Notes: a model not told the origin generated them from the letters alone. DNA of 64,000 nucleotides from an uncultured Candidatus Saccharibacteria bacterium (GCA_964594755.1 CAZQMO010000003.1:2516-66515), one strand, 5' to 3'; shown: positions 10,858 to 20,544, counted from the stretch's first letter. Made by a program: numbers and translations.

Positions 10858-11573
10858 AGTTGGACCTGAAGCTTATCCCAAGTATCTGATTTAATCTGAT
10901 TAATTCTTTCTGTGATACTCAAAAAAATGGAAGTCTGATTCTGTAAATCCTGATTTTCATCGGAATTAATTAACGAGTCTGCAATGGCAACCAAATTTTG
11001 ATAATAAATCATTTTGTAGCGATGAAAGTCCGCTAGTTCACTAGGAACACTCAACGACTTTAGATTAGATACGGCTTTAGCTGCTGATACCTTGGCTTGA
11101 TTCAACACTGAAGGATCAGAACTGTTAAGATTCGCAATCGATATCATTGCCCCGCTCTCGGCTTCTGCCCCCAAAAGTAATTCAGAATAACGTTGGATTG
11201 CTTCTCTTGAATTATCTGATGACTTAATAACAGGAATCTGATCAAGCATCTCTCTAGTAAAAATTTGCTCTGAGTTAGGCACTGCACCAATACCAATAGC
11301 CTGGCCAAGTACTGCACCATCAACCTGCCCACGATCCAATAAGGCAAACTGGTTTTCTAATTCTGCGAGGTACTTTTCTTCATCAATAATTCCCATCTCT
11401 GCAAAGACCTCACCCTTAGCTTGTTCGTAAGTTAGCACTGGTTGAGTCTCGTCCGCTTTAGTAAACATGGCCGACAAAGACACGCCAGTTTTTGAGAAAA
11501 CTAACACCCCAAAAATCGCGACGGCTGTGAGTCCGATTAAGAAATGATTACGATTAAATCCTAGTTCTTTCAT
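10854..11573 (-). CDS. bitopic membrane protein (VirB8-like size and topology; unassigned)
   Basis: 239 aa with one N-terminal TM helix (FLIGLTAVAIFGVLVF) and an extracytoplasmic domain. Its stop overlaps the downstream gene start by 4 nt. Confidence 0.5.
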   Translation of the reverse strand: MKELGFNRNHFLIGLTAVAIFGVLVFSKTGVSLSAMFTKADETQPVLTYEQAKGEVFAEMGIIDEEKYLAELENQFALLDRGQVDGAVLGQAIGIGAVPNSEQIFTREMLDQIPVIKSSDNSREAIQRYSELLLGAEAESGAMISIANLNSSDPSVLNQAKVSAAKAVSNLKSLSVPSELADFHRYKMIYYQNLVAIADSLINSDENQDLQNQTSIFLSITERINQIKSDTWDKLQVQL

Positions 11574-11585
11574 AAATAAAACCCA

Positions 11586-11723
11586 CTACTGATTAACAGC
11601 AGCAGGGCTAGAGTTAGTTGATGTTTTGCCTGCTCGGGCATTTTGAACAGCCATAAAAAAGCTAACAAAAATACCGAGAATTAAAATCACTGACGCGATT
11701 TTTTGAACGAAATGATTAGACAT
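11586..11723 (-). CDS. small hydrophobic protein (45 aa), unannotated
   Basis: ATG at 11723 on the minus strand, translating to MSNHFVQKIASVILILGIFVSFFMAVQNARAGKTSTNSSPAAVNQ*. One TM helix. It is the first gene of the minus-strand T4SS-like operon and is below the ORF-track size cutoff. Confidence 0.35.
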   Translation of the reverse strand: MSNHFVQKIASVILILGIFVSFFMAVQNARAGKTSTNSSPAAVNQ

Positions 11724-11806
11724 ATTCAATTTTATTTTGATTTTTGTTTCAGAAATTCTGTATTTCTAGTATTATTATATCAGAAATTTATCATTTTGAC
11801 AAGAGC

Positions 11807-12298
11807 ATGAACACCAAAAATATAATTGTGATGCTTGCATCACTCTCACTCCTCTTCGCAGGGTGTACTGGTCCAACTTTCACAGAACCAACCCGTCCAA
11901 GCTTTAATGATTCAAGTTCACAACAAGCTCCTTATACGACTCCAATCCAAATCAACGACCAAACAATATTTGTAGAAATCGTAGATACTGATTCCAGCAG
12001 AGCACAAGGTTTGTCTGGACGTGAATTGTTAAAGGATGGTCAAGGAATGCTGTTTGATTTCACCAACACTTCACTCACACAACCAAGTTTTTGGATGAAG
12101 GATATGAAGATTGATATCGATATCATCTGGATTAACAACAATACAGTTATCGGCATTACTCCTAATGTCCCGAGGCCGACTGACTCGGAAAATCTACCAA
12201 CCTATCCTCCCCCATCAAACATTACCCACGTACTGGAAGTACCGAGCGGTTACGCAGAACGAGCCAAAATTAATGTGGGCGATCAAGTGAAACTTTAA
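11807..12298 (+). CDS. DUF192-family lipoprotein
   Basis: The track ORF starts at 11744, but the lipoprotein signal (MNTKNIIVMLASLSLLFAGC, a lipobox) begins at ATG 11807. The GMLFDF...MKDMKIDIDIIWI pattern is typical of DUF192/COG1430 proteins. Confidence 0.65.
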   Translation: MNTKNIIVMLASLSLLFAGCTGPTFTEPTRPSFNDSSSQQAPYTTPIQINDQTIFVEIVDTDSSRAQGLSGRELLKDGQGMLFDFTNTSLTQPSFWMKDMKIDIDIIWINNNTVIGITPNVPRPTDSENLPTYPPPSNITHVLEVPSGYAERAKINVGDQVKL

Positions 12299-12300
12299 AA

Positions 12301-12333
12301 CTCCCTTCCGCCATCTGGCGGAGGGAGTTTTTT
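12301..12333. terminator. bidirectional intrinsic terminator
   Basis: Hairpin ctccctTCCGCCatctGGCGGAgggag followed by TTTTTT, between convergent genes. Confidence 0.7.
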
Positions 12334-13153
12334 ATACATCAAGATTATTGTACAACTCAAGCCATTGCTCGATAGTCAGTTGTTGTGGTCGCGCTGAAGG
12401 TGAAATTTTTAGTTTTGATAAAATCTTTGCTGTATCTTTTTTACTCACGCCGAGATTATTAGTGAGCGTGTTGTGAATTTGTTTTCGCTTCCCTGCAAAG
12501 CAAGCTTTGAGAATTCTAAAAAATTTCTTTTCATCTTCAATATTATATTTTGGCTTCTCATAAAGTTTGATGTTAATCACCGCGCTATCAACTTTGGGTT
12601 TAGGATGAAACTTGTGTGTTGGTACAATCGTCACTAACTCCGCTTCCCCGTATAACTGTACCGATAACGCCAACAAATTTAACTGACCCGGTTTAGCTAC
12701 TACATTTTTTGCAACTTCTTTTTGAATCAACAATGTTAAACTTTCTGGTTTATGATCTTGTGCTAAAAACAATTGAATAATTTTTCCAGTGATGTAGTAA
12801 GGGATGTTGGCAACAACTTTGTAATTTTTTAACCCACTCTCGCTAAAATTATATTTCAATACATCCGTGAATTCGTATTCAAAATTTTTATATTGCTTTT
12901 TTAGAGTCCGCAAAACTCTTTCGAACTGCTCGTCTTTCTCCAAAGATAAAACTTCCGCACCACGTTGTAGTAAGCGCTCGGTGAGATTACCAATCCCTGG
13001 ACCAACCTCAACAACAGTATCCTGATCAGTAACTTTTGCAGCATCAATCATGTCTTCTAAAATAGTTTCGTCCATTAAAAAATGCTGGCCATAAGTTTTG
13101 TTTGGACTTAAGCCATAGTGCTGCAATAAATTTTTGAGAGTTTCAATTGTCAT
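12332..13153 (-). CDS. rsmA: 16S rRNA (adenine1518/1519-N6)-dimethyltransferase
   Basis: 273 aa. N-terminal GQHFL motif and SAM-binding VVEVGPGIGNLT, as in KsgA/RsmA. Confidence 0.9.
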   Translation of the reverse strand: MTIETLKNLLQHYGLSPNKTYGQHFLMDETILEDMIDAAKVTDQDTVVEVGPGIGNLTERLLQRGAEVLSLEKDEQFERVLRTLKKQYKNFEYEFTDVLKYNFSESGLKNYKVVANIPYYITGKIIQLFLAQDHKPESLTLLIQKEVAKNVVAKPGQLNLLALSVQLYGEAELVTIVPTHKFHPKPKVDSAVINIKLYEKPKYNIEDEKKFFRILKACFAGKRKQIHNTLTNNLGVSKKDTAKILSKLKISPSARPQQLTIEQWLELYNNLDV

Positions 13154-15291
13154 TATTCGAAAGGTTCATAGGTTACATCACTATCATTTAATTGCCGAAA
13201 GTTAGATGCCGCTGCATTGATAGCTGACTCTGGTAAGGCATGGAGAATCCGTGATGGTGAGTTAGCTTGAAAACTGCCGTACATTTGCCTTCCTTGGGCA
13301 TACAGTAAAAATAGGCGTTGGCGGGCCCGCGTTAGCCCGACATAAGCCAAACGAATCTCTTCGGCAAGCTCGTTGGGGTTAAATAAGCTATTGGTATGAG
13401 GCAAAATACCCTCTTCTAAGCCAACAAAGAACACTGTATCAAATTCCAGACCCTTGGCTGCGTGTAGCGTCATAAGTGTAACAGAATTCCGTTCATCAGT
13501 AAGATTATCCAAATCCGTAATTAAGGCAACTTCTTCTAAAAAGGTTTCCAGCCCTTCGTGCCATGGTAAGTGATCGAACTTGGCAGTCACATTGAAAAGT
13601 TCGCGAACATTTTCTCGACGGATTTCACCTTGATCAGTACCGTCTTGCAAATGCGCATCAATGCCGGTTAGTTTTACCAAAGTCTTTAGGACTTCGGATA
13701 AAGTTATTTGTGGCGTAATCCGATCAATGGTTAGTAAGATTTCTAGGAATTGCTTCAAGCCCTGAGCTTGTTTGGGAGGTAAGCGTAATTCAAAACTGGC
13801 ATCGCGGATAAATTCAACTTTACTATCTTTAGGTAGCCCCAGCATAAACTTGCGGATGGTATCAAAAGATTTTTCACCAATCCCGCGCGGCGGTAAATTG
13901 ATTACTCGACCCATGGATAACAAATCGAGTGGGTTAACTACCAACCGCAAATAAGCTAACACATCTTTGATTTCTTTTCGTTCGTAGAACTTTACTCCCC
14001 CAACGATGTGGTAAGGAATACCAGAGGCGATAAACACTTCTTCAATTTCACGACTTTGGGCATGAGTTCGATACAACACTGCAAACTCATTTAATGAAGA
14101 ATGATCTTTAGGCAATTGCGGAATCCCCAAATCACTGCGCAACCCTTTACCACCACGCTGCTTAGCTAAAAACTTATCTAAGATAGAAAACGGTTGCGTT
14201 GGCGCTTGCTCCTGTTCATACTCTAACTCATCATCCTCACCAGAACTAAACTGCACAATCTTCTTTGCCACAAATACCGCTTCAGCATGACCATCATAAA
14301 CTTCTTTAATCACCACTTTATCGCCATCATGATTATCAGTCCAGAGAGTTTTCGGTTTCTGCTCAGTATTAAGCTCAATGACTTTTTGCGCAGCTGCCAA
14401 AATATTTTTGGTTGAACGATAATTCTGTTCGAGCTTGATAACTTGAGCATTGGGAAAATCTTTTTCAAAGTTTAAGATATTAGCAATATTACTGCCGCGA
14501 AAACCATAGATACTTTGGGCATCATCACCAACCACAAAAATATTTCCCGACTTCGCCAACAAATGCAAAAACATATACTGTGCTTGATTAGTATCTTGAT
14601 ATTCATCAACTAATATATACTGCCACTGAGCTTGATACTTTCTAAGTACGTCTGGAAAATTTTGGAACAGAATAATAGGCAACATTAACAGATCATCAAA
14701 ATCTACGCTGTTTTGGCGAAACAAAAAATCTTGATAGCGCACATAAACTTGGGCCGCCAAATCACGAATATGGCCTTCTAGTCCTAAATCCATATTAGCC
14801 GGAGTCTGCAACAGATTTTTGGCCGAAGAGATATAAGCCCGAAACAAGGTTGGACCATATTGTTTTGGAATATCTAAATCCTTAAGTATGTCTTTGAGGA
14901 TTTTAACTTGATCGTCACTATCAATAATCACAAAGTTTGCACTATAACCAAGCTTTGGAATATGCTTCCGGAGAATTCTTACTCCAATCGAATGGAAAGT
15001 TCCCAATAAAGGTTGACTGGCTAGTTTGCGAGAAGCCTGGCCGCTTAACAATTGGTTAACCCGGCTCTGCATTTCCTTAGCTGCTTTATTGGTGAAGGTT
15101 ACAGCCAAAATCTGATCTGGAGCAAACAGACCCTGCTCTATAATATAGGCAATGCGAAAGGTTAAAACTCGAGTCTTACCACTGCCAGCACCAGCCAAAA
15201 CTAAAACCGGCCCCAAAGGAGCGGTCACTGCATCAGCCTGAGGTTTGTTCAAGGAAGATAAGTCCATTTCTTCTACTATTATAGCATTCAA
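13153..15291 (-). CDS. pcrA: ATP-dependent DNA helicase, UvrD/PcrA family
   Basis: 712 aa. Walker A AGAGSGKTRVLT and motif II VDEYQDTN, typical of SF1 UvrD/PcrA helicases. Confidence 0.9.
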   Translation of the reverse strand: MNAIIVEEMDLSSLNKPQADAVTAPLGPVLVLAGAGSGKTRVLTFRIAYIIEQGLFAPDQILAVTFTNKAAKEMQSRVNQLLSGQASRKLASQPLLGTFHSIGVRILRKHIPKLGYSANFVIIDSDDQVKILKDILKDLDIPKQYGPTLFRAYISSAKNLLQTPANMDLGLEGHIRDLAAQVYVRYQDFLFRQNSVDFDDLLMLPIILFQNFPDVLRKYQAQWQYILVDEYQDTNQAQYMFLHLLAKSGNIFVVGDDAQSIYGFRGSNIANILNFEKDFPNAQVIKLEQNYRSTKNILAAAQKVIELNTEQKPKTLWTDNHDGDKVVIKEVYDGHAEAVFVAKKIVQFSSGEDDELEYEQEQAPTQPFSILDKFLAKQRGGKGLRSDLGIPQLPKDHSSLNEFAVLYRTHAQSREIEEVFIASGIPYHIVGGVKFYERKEIKDVLAYLRLVVNPLDLLSMGRVINLPPRGIGEKSFDTIRKFMLGLPKDSKVEFIRDASFELRLPPKQAQGLKQFLEILLTIDRITPQITLSEVLKTLVKLTGIDAHLQDGTDQGEIRRENVRELFNVTAKFDHLPWHEGLETFLEEVALITDLDNLTDERNSVTLMTLHAAKGLEFDTVFFVGLEEGILPHTNSLFNPNELAEEIRLAYVGLTRARQRLFLLYAQGRQMYGSFQANSPSRILHALPESAINAAASNFRQLNDSDVTYEPFE

Positions 15292-15539
15292 AAATATGGT
15301 TCATTTAACCACGCAATATACGAAATTTCCCTTTTATTTAAGCGGATTGTGGAAAAAAAATGGCTTAGATACTGGCCCAAAAGACACTAATCCCCAGTCT
15401 CACTTGTATGTTTCTTTATGTCTTGTTAGACTGGCTTAGTATCGATGCTGAAGCAGTCGAATTTCAGCAAAAAAGCCTAATAAAATCACTATTTTAAATT
15501 AAAATTAATCCAAATTTTTGGTGGCTCTCGGGGGGAAGT

Positions 15540-16895
15540 TTGCGTTCAAACGAATGCTCTAGAGCTGATCGAAAAAGAGGTCGTATAAATTCCAGCAAAT
15601 CATACTTTCATTTTCGAGATTTGCTAGAAGGTCCAGCCATACCCGCTTCGCATTTAACTCAATACCTGATCAAAAGACTGAAACGATATTGGTTTATTAG
15701 CCAATACCTTTTTAAAAAATTATCCCACAGCCTAAAGGCTCATTATCCTAGAATCTCTAAGCTGTACACTGACCACCACCCATCGGTGCAACTTAACCAG
15801 AAACTTTCTGGTTGGGACTATAGCATTAACTTTTCCAGTGAAATCCTGGTCGGAGTTGTTGTAATAGTAGGCGCTGTAATCAACGTGGTTATTTTTAATC
15901 CCCTCTCTGCTGACTATAAACACAATGATAAAAGCTTGGCCAGCGAACTACTTCGCAACCATACCGGTCTTAATCAACAATTAGCTGACAAGCAAGATAC
16001 AATTAGTACTACTATTGCCAACCACAGTATCTTTTCTCAAGCGAATGCCAGCAACTACGATGAGTTTGGTTCTGTCTTGGGAGCTACCGACACTCTAATT
16101 GAAATCAATGAAGAAGCCCAGATTGATGACTCAGGTATTACTAAACCAAACCCTGATAGCATTAAAAGCTTAGTTGAACGCCAGGTTACTATTTATAAGA
16201 CTCAACCATTTGATACGGTTTACACTGTTGCTGAAAAGTTTGGTGTCTCTACTAAAACCATTCGCGAAACCAATAGCTTACCAAACAACGCTTTATTGGC
16301 AGATTGGGACTTAATAATCCCACCAGTTGATGGAATTGTGATTCAAGTGACTAACCCAAACCTCACCCTAACTGACGTAGCTGGTAAATACAACGCAGAC
16401 ATTAACAAAATTGTCTCCTACAACGGCTTGGCGGATGCGGAAGACATGGTGGAACTCAATGGTTATTTAATCATTCCTGGTGGTAGCTTACCACAAGCCC
16501 CTGCTCCTTCAACCTCAAGCTCTACTACTGCCAGCTCAAAAACTAAACCATCTGTACCTCGTGCAGCCACAATTGCTGGTAATCACAAATTCGCCCCTGG
16601 TTACTGTACTGACTACGTAGCGCGTAAAGTTGCTGGTATTACTTGGGGTGGAAATGCTAACCGCTGGATTGCTAACTCTAAAGCTCACGGCGCAACTGTA
16701 AACCGAACTCCGGCTCCTGGTGCAATTCTTGTAACCAGTGAAAACAACCGTTATGGTCATGTGGCTTACATCGAAAGTGTAAGTGGCACCAAAGTCACCA
16801 TCAGCGAATGGAATTACGAAGGTCTGTACAAAAAGACTGTGCGAACTCTCGATATCTCTGACAAGCGCATTCAAGGTGTGATTCACCCTAAATAA
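15540..16895 (+). CDS. LysM-CHAP peptidoglycan hydrolase (start uncertain)
   Basis: One TM anchor, two LysM-like repeats (YTVAEKFGVSTKTIRETN and TLTDVAGKYNADINKIVSYN) and a C-terminal CHAP domain (GYCTDYVARKV...GHVAYIE). The first ATG is at 15540, but the basic 100-aa N-terminus is of doubtful reality. An in-frame GTG at 15786 just before the TM helix is an alternative start. Confidence 0.7.
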   Translation: MRSNECSRADRKRGRINSSKSYFHFRDLLEGPAIPASHLTQYLIKRLKRYWFISQYLFKKLSHSLKAHYPRISKLYTDHHPSVQLNQKLSGWDYSINFSSEILVGVVVIVGAVINVVIFNPLSADYKHNDKSLASELLRNHTGLNQQLADKQDTISTTIANHSIFSQANASNYDEFGSVLGATDTLIEINEEAQIDDSGITKPNPDSIKSLVERQVTIYKTQPFDTVYTVAEKFGVSTKTIRETNSLPNNALLADWDLIIPPVDGIVIQVTNPNLTLTDVAGKYNADINKIVSYNGLADAEDMVELNGYLIIPGGSLPQAPAPSTSSSTTASSKTKPSVPRAATIAGNHKFAPGYCTDYVARKVAGITWGGNANRWIANSKAHGATVNRTPAPGAILVTSENNRYGHVAYIESVSGTKVTISEWNYEGLYKKTVRTLDISDKRIQGVIHPK

Positions 16896-16910
16896 TTCCG
16901 ACTACAAAAT

Positions 16911-16940
16911 AAAAACCGCCCAGCTTGGGTGGTTTTTTTA
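16911..16940. terminator. bidirectional intrinsic terminator
   Basis: aaaaACCGCCCAGCttGGGTGGTttttttt, between convergent genes. Confidence 0.6.
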
Positions 16941-16953
16941 TTAGCTTCAGTAT

Positions 16954-18852
16954 TTATTGCTGAACTCGACCATTCTGACCTTGAGGTAAAGCATTAGTAG
17001 AAATATCCTGACTGTTCAATTTAATGTCTTCACTAGTGAAATCATCGACTGCCTGAAACTCAATGCCACGCAGTAACTCCAAGGCTTGGCCAATCTGAGA
17101 ACTAGACGGAGTAACCCGCACTGTGAATTCTAGTGCCCGTTCTGGCCTGAGCACTCCGCTGTGGGCTAATAACTGGCCTAGTTCCCAAGTTACTCGACCG
17201 GTCGAAGAATCAAATTTTACCAAACTCTTTTCGCTTGCAGTAAAACTATTAGTATCTAATGTCACTCCAACCGGAATTAAAGCAGTTAACACTCCGTTTC
17301 GATAATCATTAGAGTTATTCTTTAGACTTAGCTTAACTACAAAGCTGCTCACTTGGCCAACTTTTGGCGGCAAAGGTCCATCTACATGACTTAAGCTATT
17401 TGTTAACGTTGATGGGCTAGAAATTTTTAGCTCAATATCACCGCCAGTAATATATTGCTCGTTCTGATTGGATTTAATCCGTGGACGTATTTTAATCGTC
17501 AGATTTTTTGCATCGGTTGTGGTCGCAGGGTTGGCTACATTAAAGTTCAATCGAACAGCTCCACTGGCTCCAACGGCTAATTGTTCAAGTAAAGGCGATG
17601 AAGAACCATTCCATGTAACTAACTGATCAGAAACAAACCCTGAATCAGCTTGGATTGAACCAGGCTGGACACTACCTGATTCGACCTCAGCTAACAACTG
17701 CAGGCCTGTATGGACAACATTACTATTATTCTGGAATTTTAATGTAACGTTGATACTGCTACCAGGCTTAACAATGCCACCTTGCGCCGAAGAGTTAACG
17801 GTTGCCTCAACAGACAAGGCTTGCTGACTGATCTCTAAAGGATACACATTGCTTGATTGGGTGAAATAATTACCTTCATCATCAGGCACTAAAAACTCAG
17901 CAACTAGTTCGTACTTTTGCCCGACTTGACCTGCACCAATGGTGCCATTAAAGGAAATTTTTCCAGCCTGATTTGGCGCTAGAGTACCAACATTCCAAAT
18001 ATTACTTCCTAAGGAAGGTGGTGGCTCGCTACTACCAAACTTGAAGCTACTCGGATAAGTGATTTGAATACGGCTATTTTCAATACTGCGAGTAGAGGTA
18101 TTGCGATACGATAAATCGAAACTAACCTGTTCTCCAGTATTAGCTTGATTCTTTCCCGAAAAATCCAATATGACATTGGCCGCGATTAATCGAGTTTGAT
18201 GGCTGGTTTCTGAAGTGAAGCTAGAGCTAAAATTATCAAAGCGGTAACGTAGTCTCGCGACTAGACGCTTTTGGTCGTTAACATTTCCTTGTGCCAAGGT
18301 TTTTACAATCACAACTGCGTTCTGACCATTAGCTAAATCAGGAACCTTAAAATTAGTCCCGGAAAGATTTTCTGCTTTTGGGGAACTGGAAACATAACTG
18401 ACCCCATCGTCATAAACTAATTCTAAGTTCATATCTACCAATTTCGCAGGATCCTGATTGAGTACTTGAATGCGGTAAATAACTTCTCCGCCGGCCTGAG
18501 TGGTTTCTGGTGCATCAATTGTTAATGAAACCTTAGCTTGTTCGCGACGCTGTTCTTGACGTGGCCAAAATGCAATCGCTGCTAGAATGCCAATAATCAG
18601 GAAACCTAAAACAATGGCAACCACGTACCACTTATTTTGTGAGAGAAAATTTTTAAAACCGCCAGAACTAGGTGGTTCTGGCGCAAGTGAACCTTCTTGC
18701 GCTGCAACTTGTGTTTCTGGTGGTTTGTTTCCGTCCGGTCCTTGTACAGATTGCGGTTGAAAGTCTTCCATAGCTGTATTTATTATATCACGGCTTGCCT
18801 TGAAAAAAATACTGAGCGGCGTTAAGCTGTCTTTCCAACTGGTAAGCACCAA
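16954..18852 (-). CDS. membrane-anchored surface protein with repeated beta-sandwich-like domains
   Basis: 632 aa with an N-terminal TM helix (WYVVAIVLGFLIIGILAAIAFW), then a long S/T/N/G-rich extracellular region. The likely true start is the second Met (MEDFQPQ, about 18771), because the first ATG overlaps recO by 65 nt. Confidence 0.6.
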   Translation of the reverse strand: MVLTSWKDSLTPLSIFFKASRDIINTAMEDFQPQSVQGPDGNKPPETQVAAQEGSLAPEPPSSGGFKNFLSQNKWYVVAIVLGFLIIGILAAIAFWPRQEQRREQAKVSLTIDAPETTQAGGEVIYRIQVLNQDPAKLVDMNLELVYDDGVSYVSSSPKAENLSGTNFKVPDLANGQNAVVIVKTLAQGNVNDQKRLVARLRYRFDNFSSSFTSETSHQTRLIAANVILDFSGKNQANTGEQVSFDLSYRNTSTRSIENSRIQITYPSSFKFGSSEPPPSLGSNIWNVGTLAPNQAGKISFNGTIGAGQVGQKYELVAEFLVPDDEGNYFTQSSNVYPLEISQQALSVEATVNSSAQGGIVKPGSSINVTLKFQNNSNVVHTGLQLLAEVESGSVQPGSIQADSGFVSDQLVTWNGSSSPLLEQLAVGASGAVRLNFNVANPATTTDAKNLTIKIRPRIKSNQNEQYITGGDIELKISSPSTLTNSLSHVDGPLPPKVGQVSSFVVKLSLKNNSNDYRNGVLTALIPVGVTLDTNSFTASEKSLVKFDSSTGRVTWELGQLLAHSGVLRPERALEFTVRVTPSSSQIGQALELLRGIEFQAVDDFTSEDIKLNSQDISTNALPQGQNGRVQQ

Positions 18853-19507
18853 AATTATTCATCAGTTTCAGGAGTTTCTGCCAAACTAACGAATCAGCCG
18901 TTGCTGAAGGGCTATTTTGATAAAGATTAGTGTATAAACTGTACACCTCGGATTCAACTGGTGATTGCTGGCCTAAGCCTGAGCGAATCACAAAGCTTCC
19001 ATCATCAAAACTTAACCAACCGCCGTTGGCAGGTATTGACTGATTAAGTAAGCGAGGGGCCAAGCCGATAGTAGTTAAGGTCTGCACAACAAATCTAGTC
19101 ACTACTTCCAAACATTGCGAATAATCTGCAGATCCTAGTTGTGTTAGTGCTTGTCCATAACACCAAAATAACTGCTCGTTAGGCTGTGCATCTGCTAAGG
19201 CTCGATTGGCATACTCTTGTAAGACCATCAGTGCTGCGATGCGATCTTCACTCAGAGTAATGTCGGGATAATTATTCTGTACTGTTACGCCTATCAATTT
19301 AGGTAGTGATCCATTCCCTGCCAAAATAATTTCTAATTTAGCAGTGGGTTGAATTCTGCCGGCCAATCGACTAGTGAGTTTCTTGGCAGATTTGACCATG
19401 ACGCGAACTTTTCCTTCCTCCAAAGAAAAAAAGGTGAGCAGCACATCTTGCTCACCAATATCTTGTGATTTTAGAATATAACCTTGTAAAGAAAGTTCTC
19501 TAGACAC
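18788..19507 (-). CDS. recO: DNA repair protein RecO
   Basis: 239 aa. N-terminal OB-fold pattern (GYILKSQDIGEQDVLLTFFSLEEGKVRVMVKSAKK) characteristic of RecO. Confidence 0.75.
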   Translation of the reverse strand: MSRELSLQGYILKSQDIGEQDVLLTFFSLEEGKVRVMVKSAKKLTSRLAGRIQPTAKLEIILAGNGSLPKLIGVTVQNNYPDITLSEDRIAALMVLQEYANRALADAQPNEQLFWCYGQALTQLGSADYSQCLEVVTRFVVQTLTTIGLAPRLLNQSIPANGGWLSFDDGSFVIRSGLGQQSPVESEVYSLYTNLYQNSPSATADSLVWQKLLKLMNNFGAYQLERQLNAAQYFFQGKP

Positions 19508-19512
19508 GGATA

Positions 19513-20220
19513 TTAGTTGGTTTTAGTTGGTAAATACTGGGGTTGGCTTTTACCGCGAAGAATATTTGGATCGGCAACATAAATAATACCTGCTATAAAA
19601 CCAACAATGAACAAGACTACCGTAGCCGTTAGCCAAATGTTAGCACGAGCTTTGGCAACATAGGCAAAACTGGAAGTAAAATGGCTCTGAGTGTAGTTAA
19701 CCTGGGAGTCAATCATACGCGGTTTAGGGACTGGGGCCTGCTCTGGTATGTAAGCTGAGCGGACCATACTTGGTGAGAAAAATTTGATCAAGTCACTTCG
19801 AGAAATAATACCTACTAATTTATTGGTACTGTCGGTGACTGGAATTGGATTGACGCGCTGCTCTGCGAACATTCTAGCCAACTCTTCAATAGGCGTGTCA
19901 GGTCGAGCAAAAGGCACGGATTGATTCATAATATCTTTAGCTTTAGCATTCACGACCTGCTCGACAACGTGTGGCAACTTTTTCTCTGCACCTTGTACGA
20001 AATCAACGTTGGATAACATTTGAATATATGTCGGCAAATATAAGTTTGAGTCAGCGGTAATAAAATCGCGTTCAGAAATTGTACCCAATACCCGACCATC
20101 GTTATTAACAACTGGTAAACCAGAGTAATGATACTTATGCAAAAGATCAGCCACCTCGCTAACGAGTGTGTCCGGGGTCACTGTGATTACTTTGCTGGTC
20201 ATTAAATCTTTGGCTTGCAT
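19513..20220 (-). CDS. CBS-pair domain protein with C-terminal membrane anchor
   Basis: Two CBS motifs (first MTSKVITVTPDTLVSEVADLL...GLPVVNNDGRVLGTISERDFI, second around PIPVTDSTNKLVGIISRSDLI) and a C-terminal TM helix. Confidence 0.8.
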   Translation of the reverse strand: MQAKDLMTSKVITVTPDTLVSEVADLLHKYHYSGLPVVNNDGRVLGTISERDFITADSNLYLPTYIQMLSNVDFVQGAEKKLPHVVEQVVNAKAKDIMNQSVPFARPDTPIEELARMFAEQRVNPIPVTDSTNKLVGIISRSDLIKFFSPSMVRSAYIPEQAPVPKPRMIDSQVNYTQSHFTSSFAYVAKARANIWLTATVVLFIVGFIAGIIYVADPNILRGKSQPQYLPTKTN

Positions 20221-20274
20221 AGCTATATTATATCAAACAAAAGAACCTCCTTGCGGAGGTTCTGAGTATCTAGA

Positions 20275-20529
20275 TTATTCACAAAGCCAAGAACAAACTT
20301 CACCATCAGCTGATGCTGATAAGGCTGCATCAGACTTGTTGGCATCATCCAAAAAATTGCGGATAACTTGCTTGGCTTGTTGTTCGGTTTCTGCCCTACC
20401 GATCCCTTCAGCAAAAGCTTCCATTTTATTATCAGCGCGACGTTCCAAGTAAGTGGTCCAGCCCAGCAAAACTGCACTGGTGATTAACACCAACACTAAC
20501 GCATATTTTAATCCTGTAGCTTGATTCAT
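20275..20529 (-). CDS. small membrane protein
   Basis: 84 aa with an N-terminal TM helix (YALVLVLITSAVLLGW), sitting in the gap between ileS and the CBS gene in the same orientation. The alternative overlapping frame at 20223..20477 looks less protein-like. Confidence 0.4.
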   Translation of the reverse strand: MNQATGLKYALVLVLITSAVLLGWTTYLERRADNKMEAFAEGIGRAETEQQAKQVIRNFLDDANKSDAALSASADGEVCSWLCE

Positions 20530-20544
20530 GTTTATATTATACCA

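Noticed and set aside
15540-15785. Confident use of ATG 15540 as the LysM-CHAP start
   Set aside because: The 100-aa basic N-terminus is of doubtful reality. It could be genuine cytoplasmic tail or untranslated leader. The start is left flagged as uncertain.
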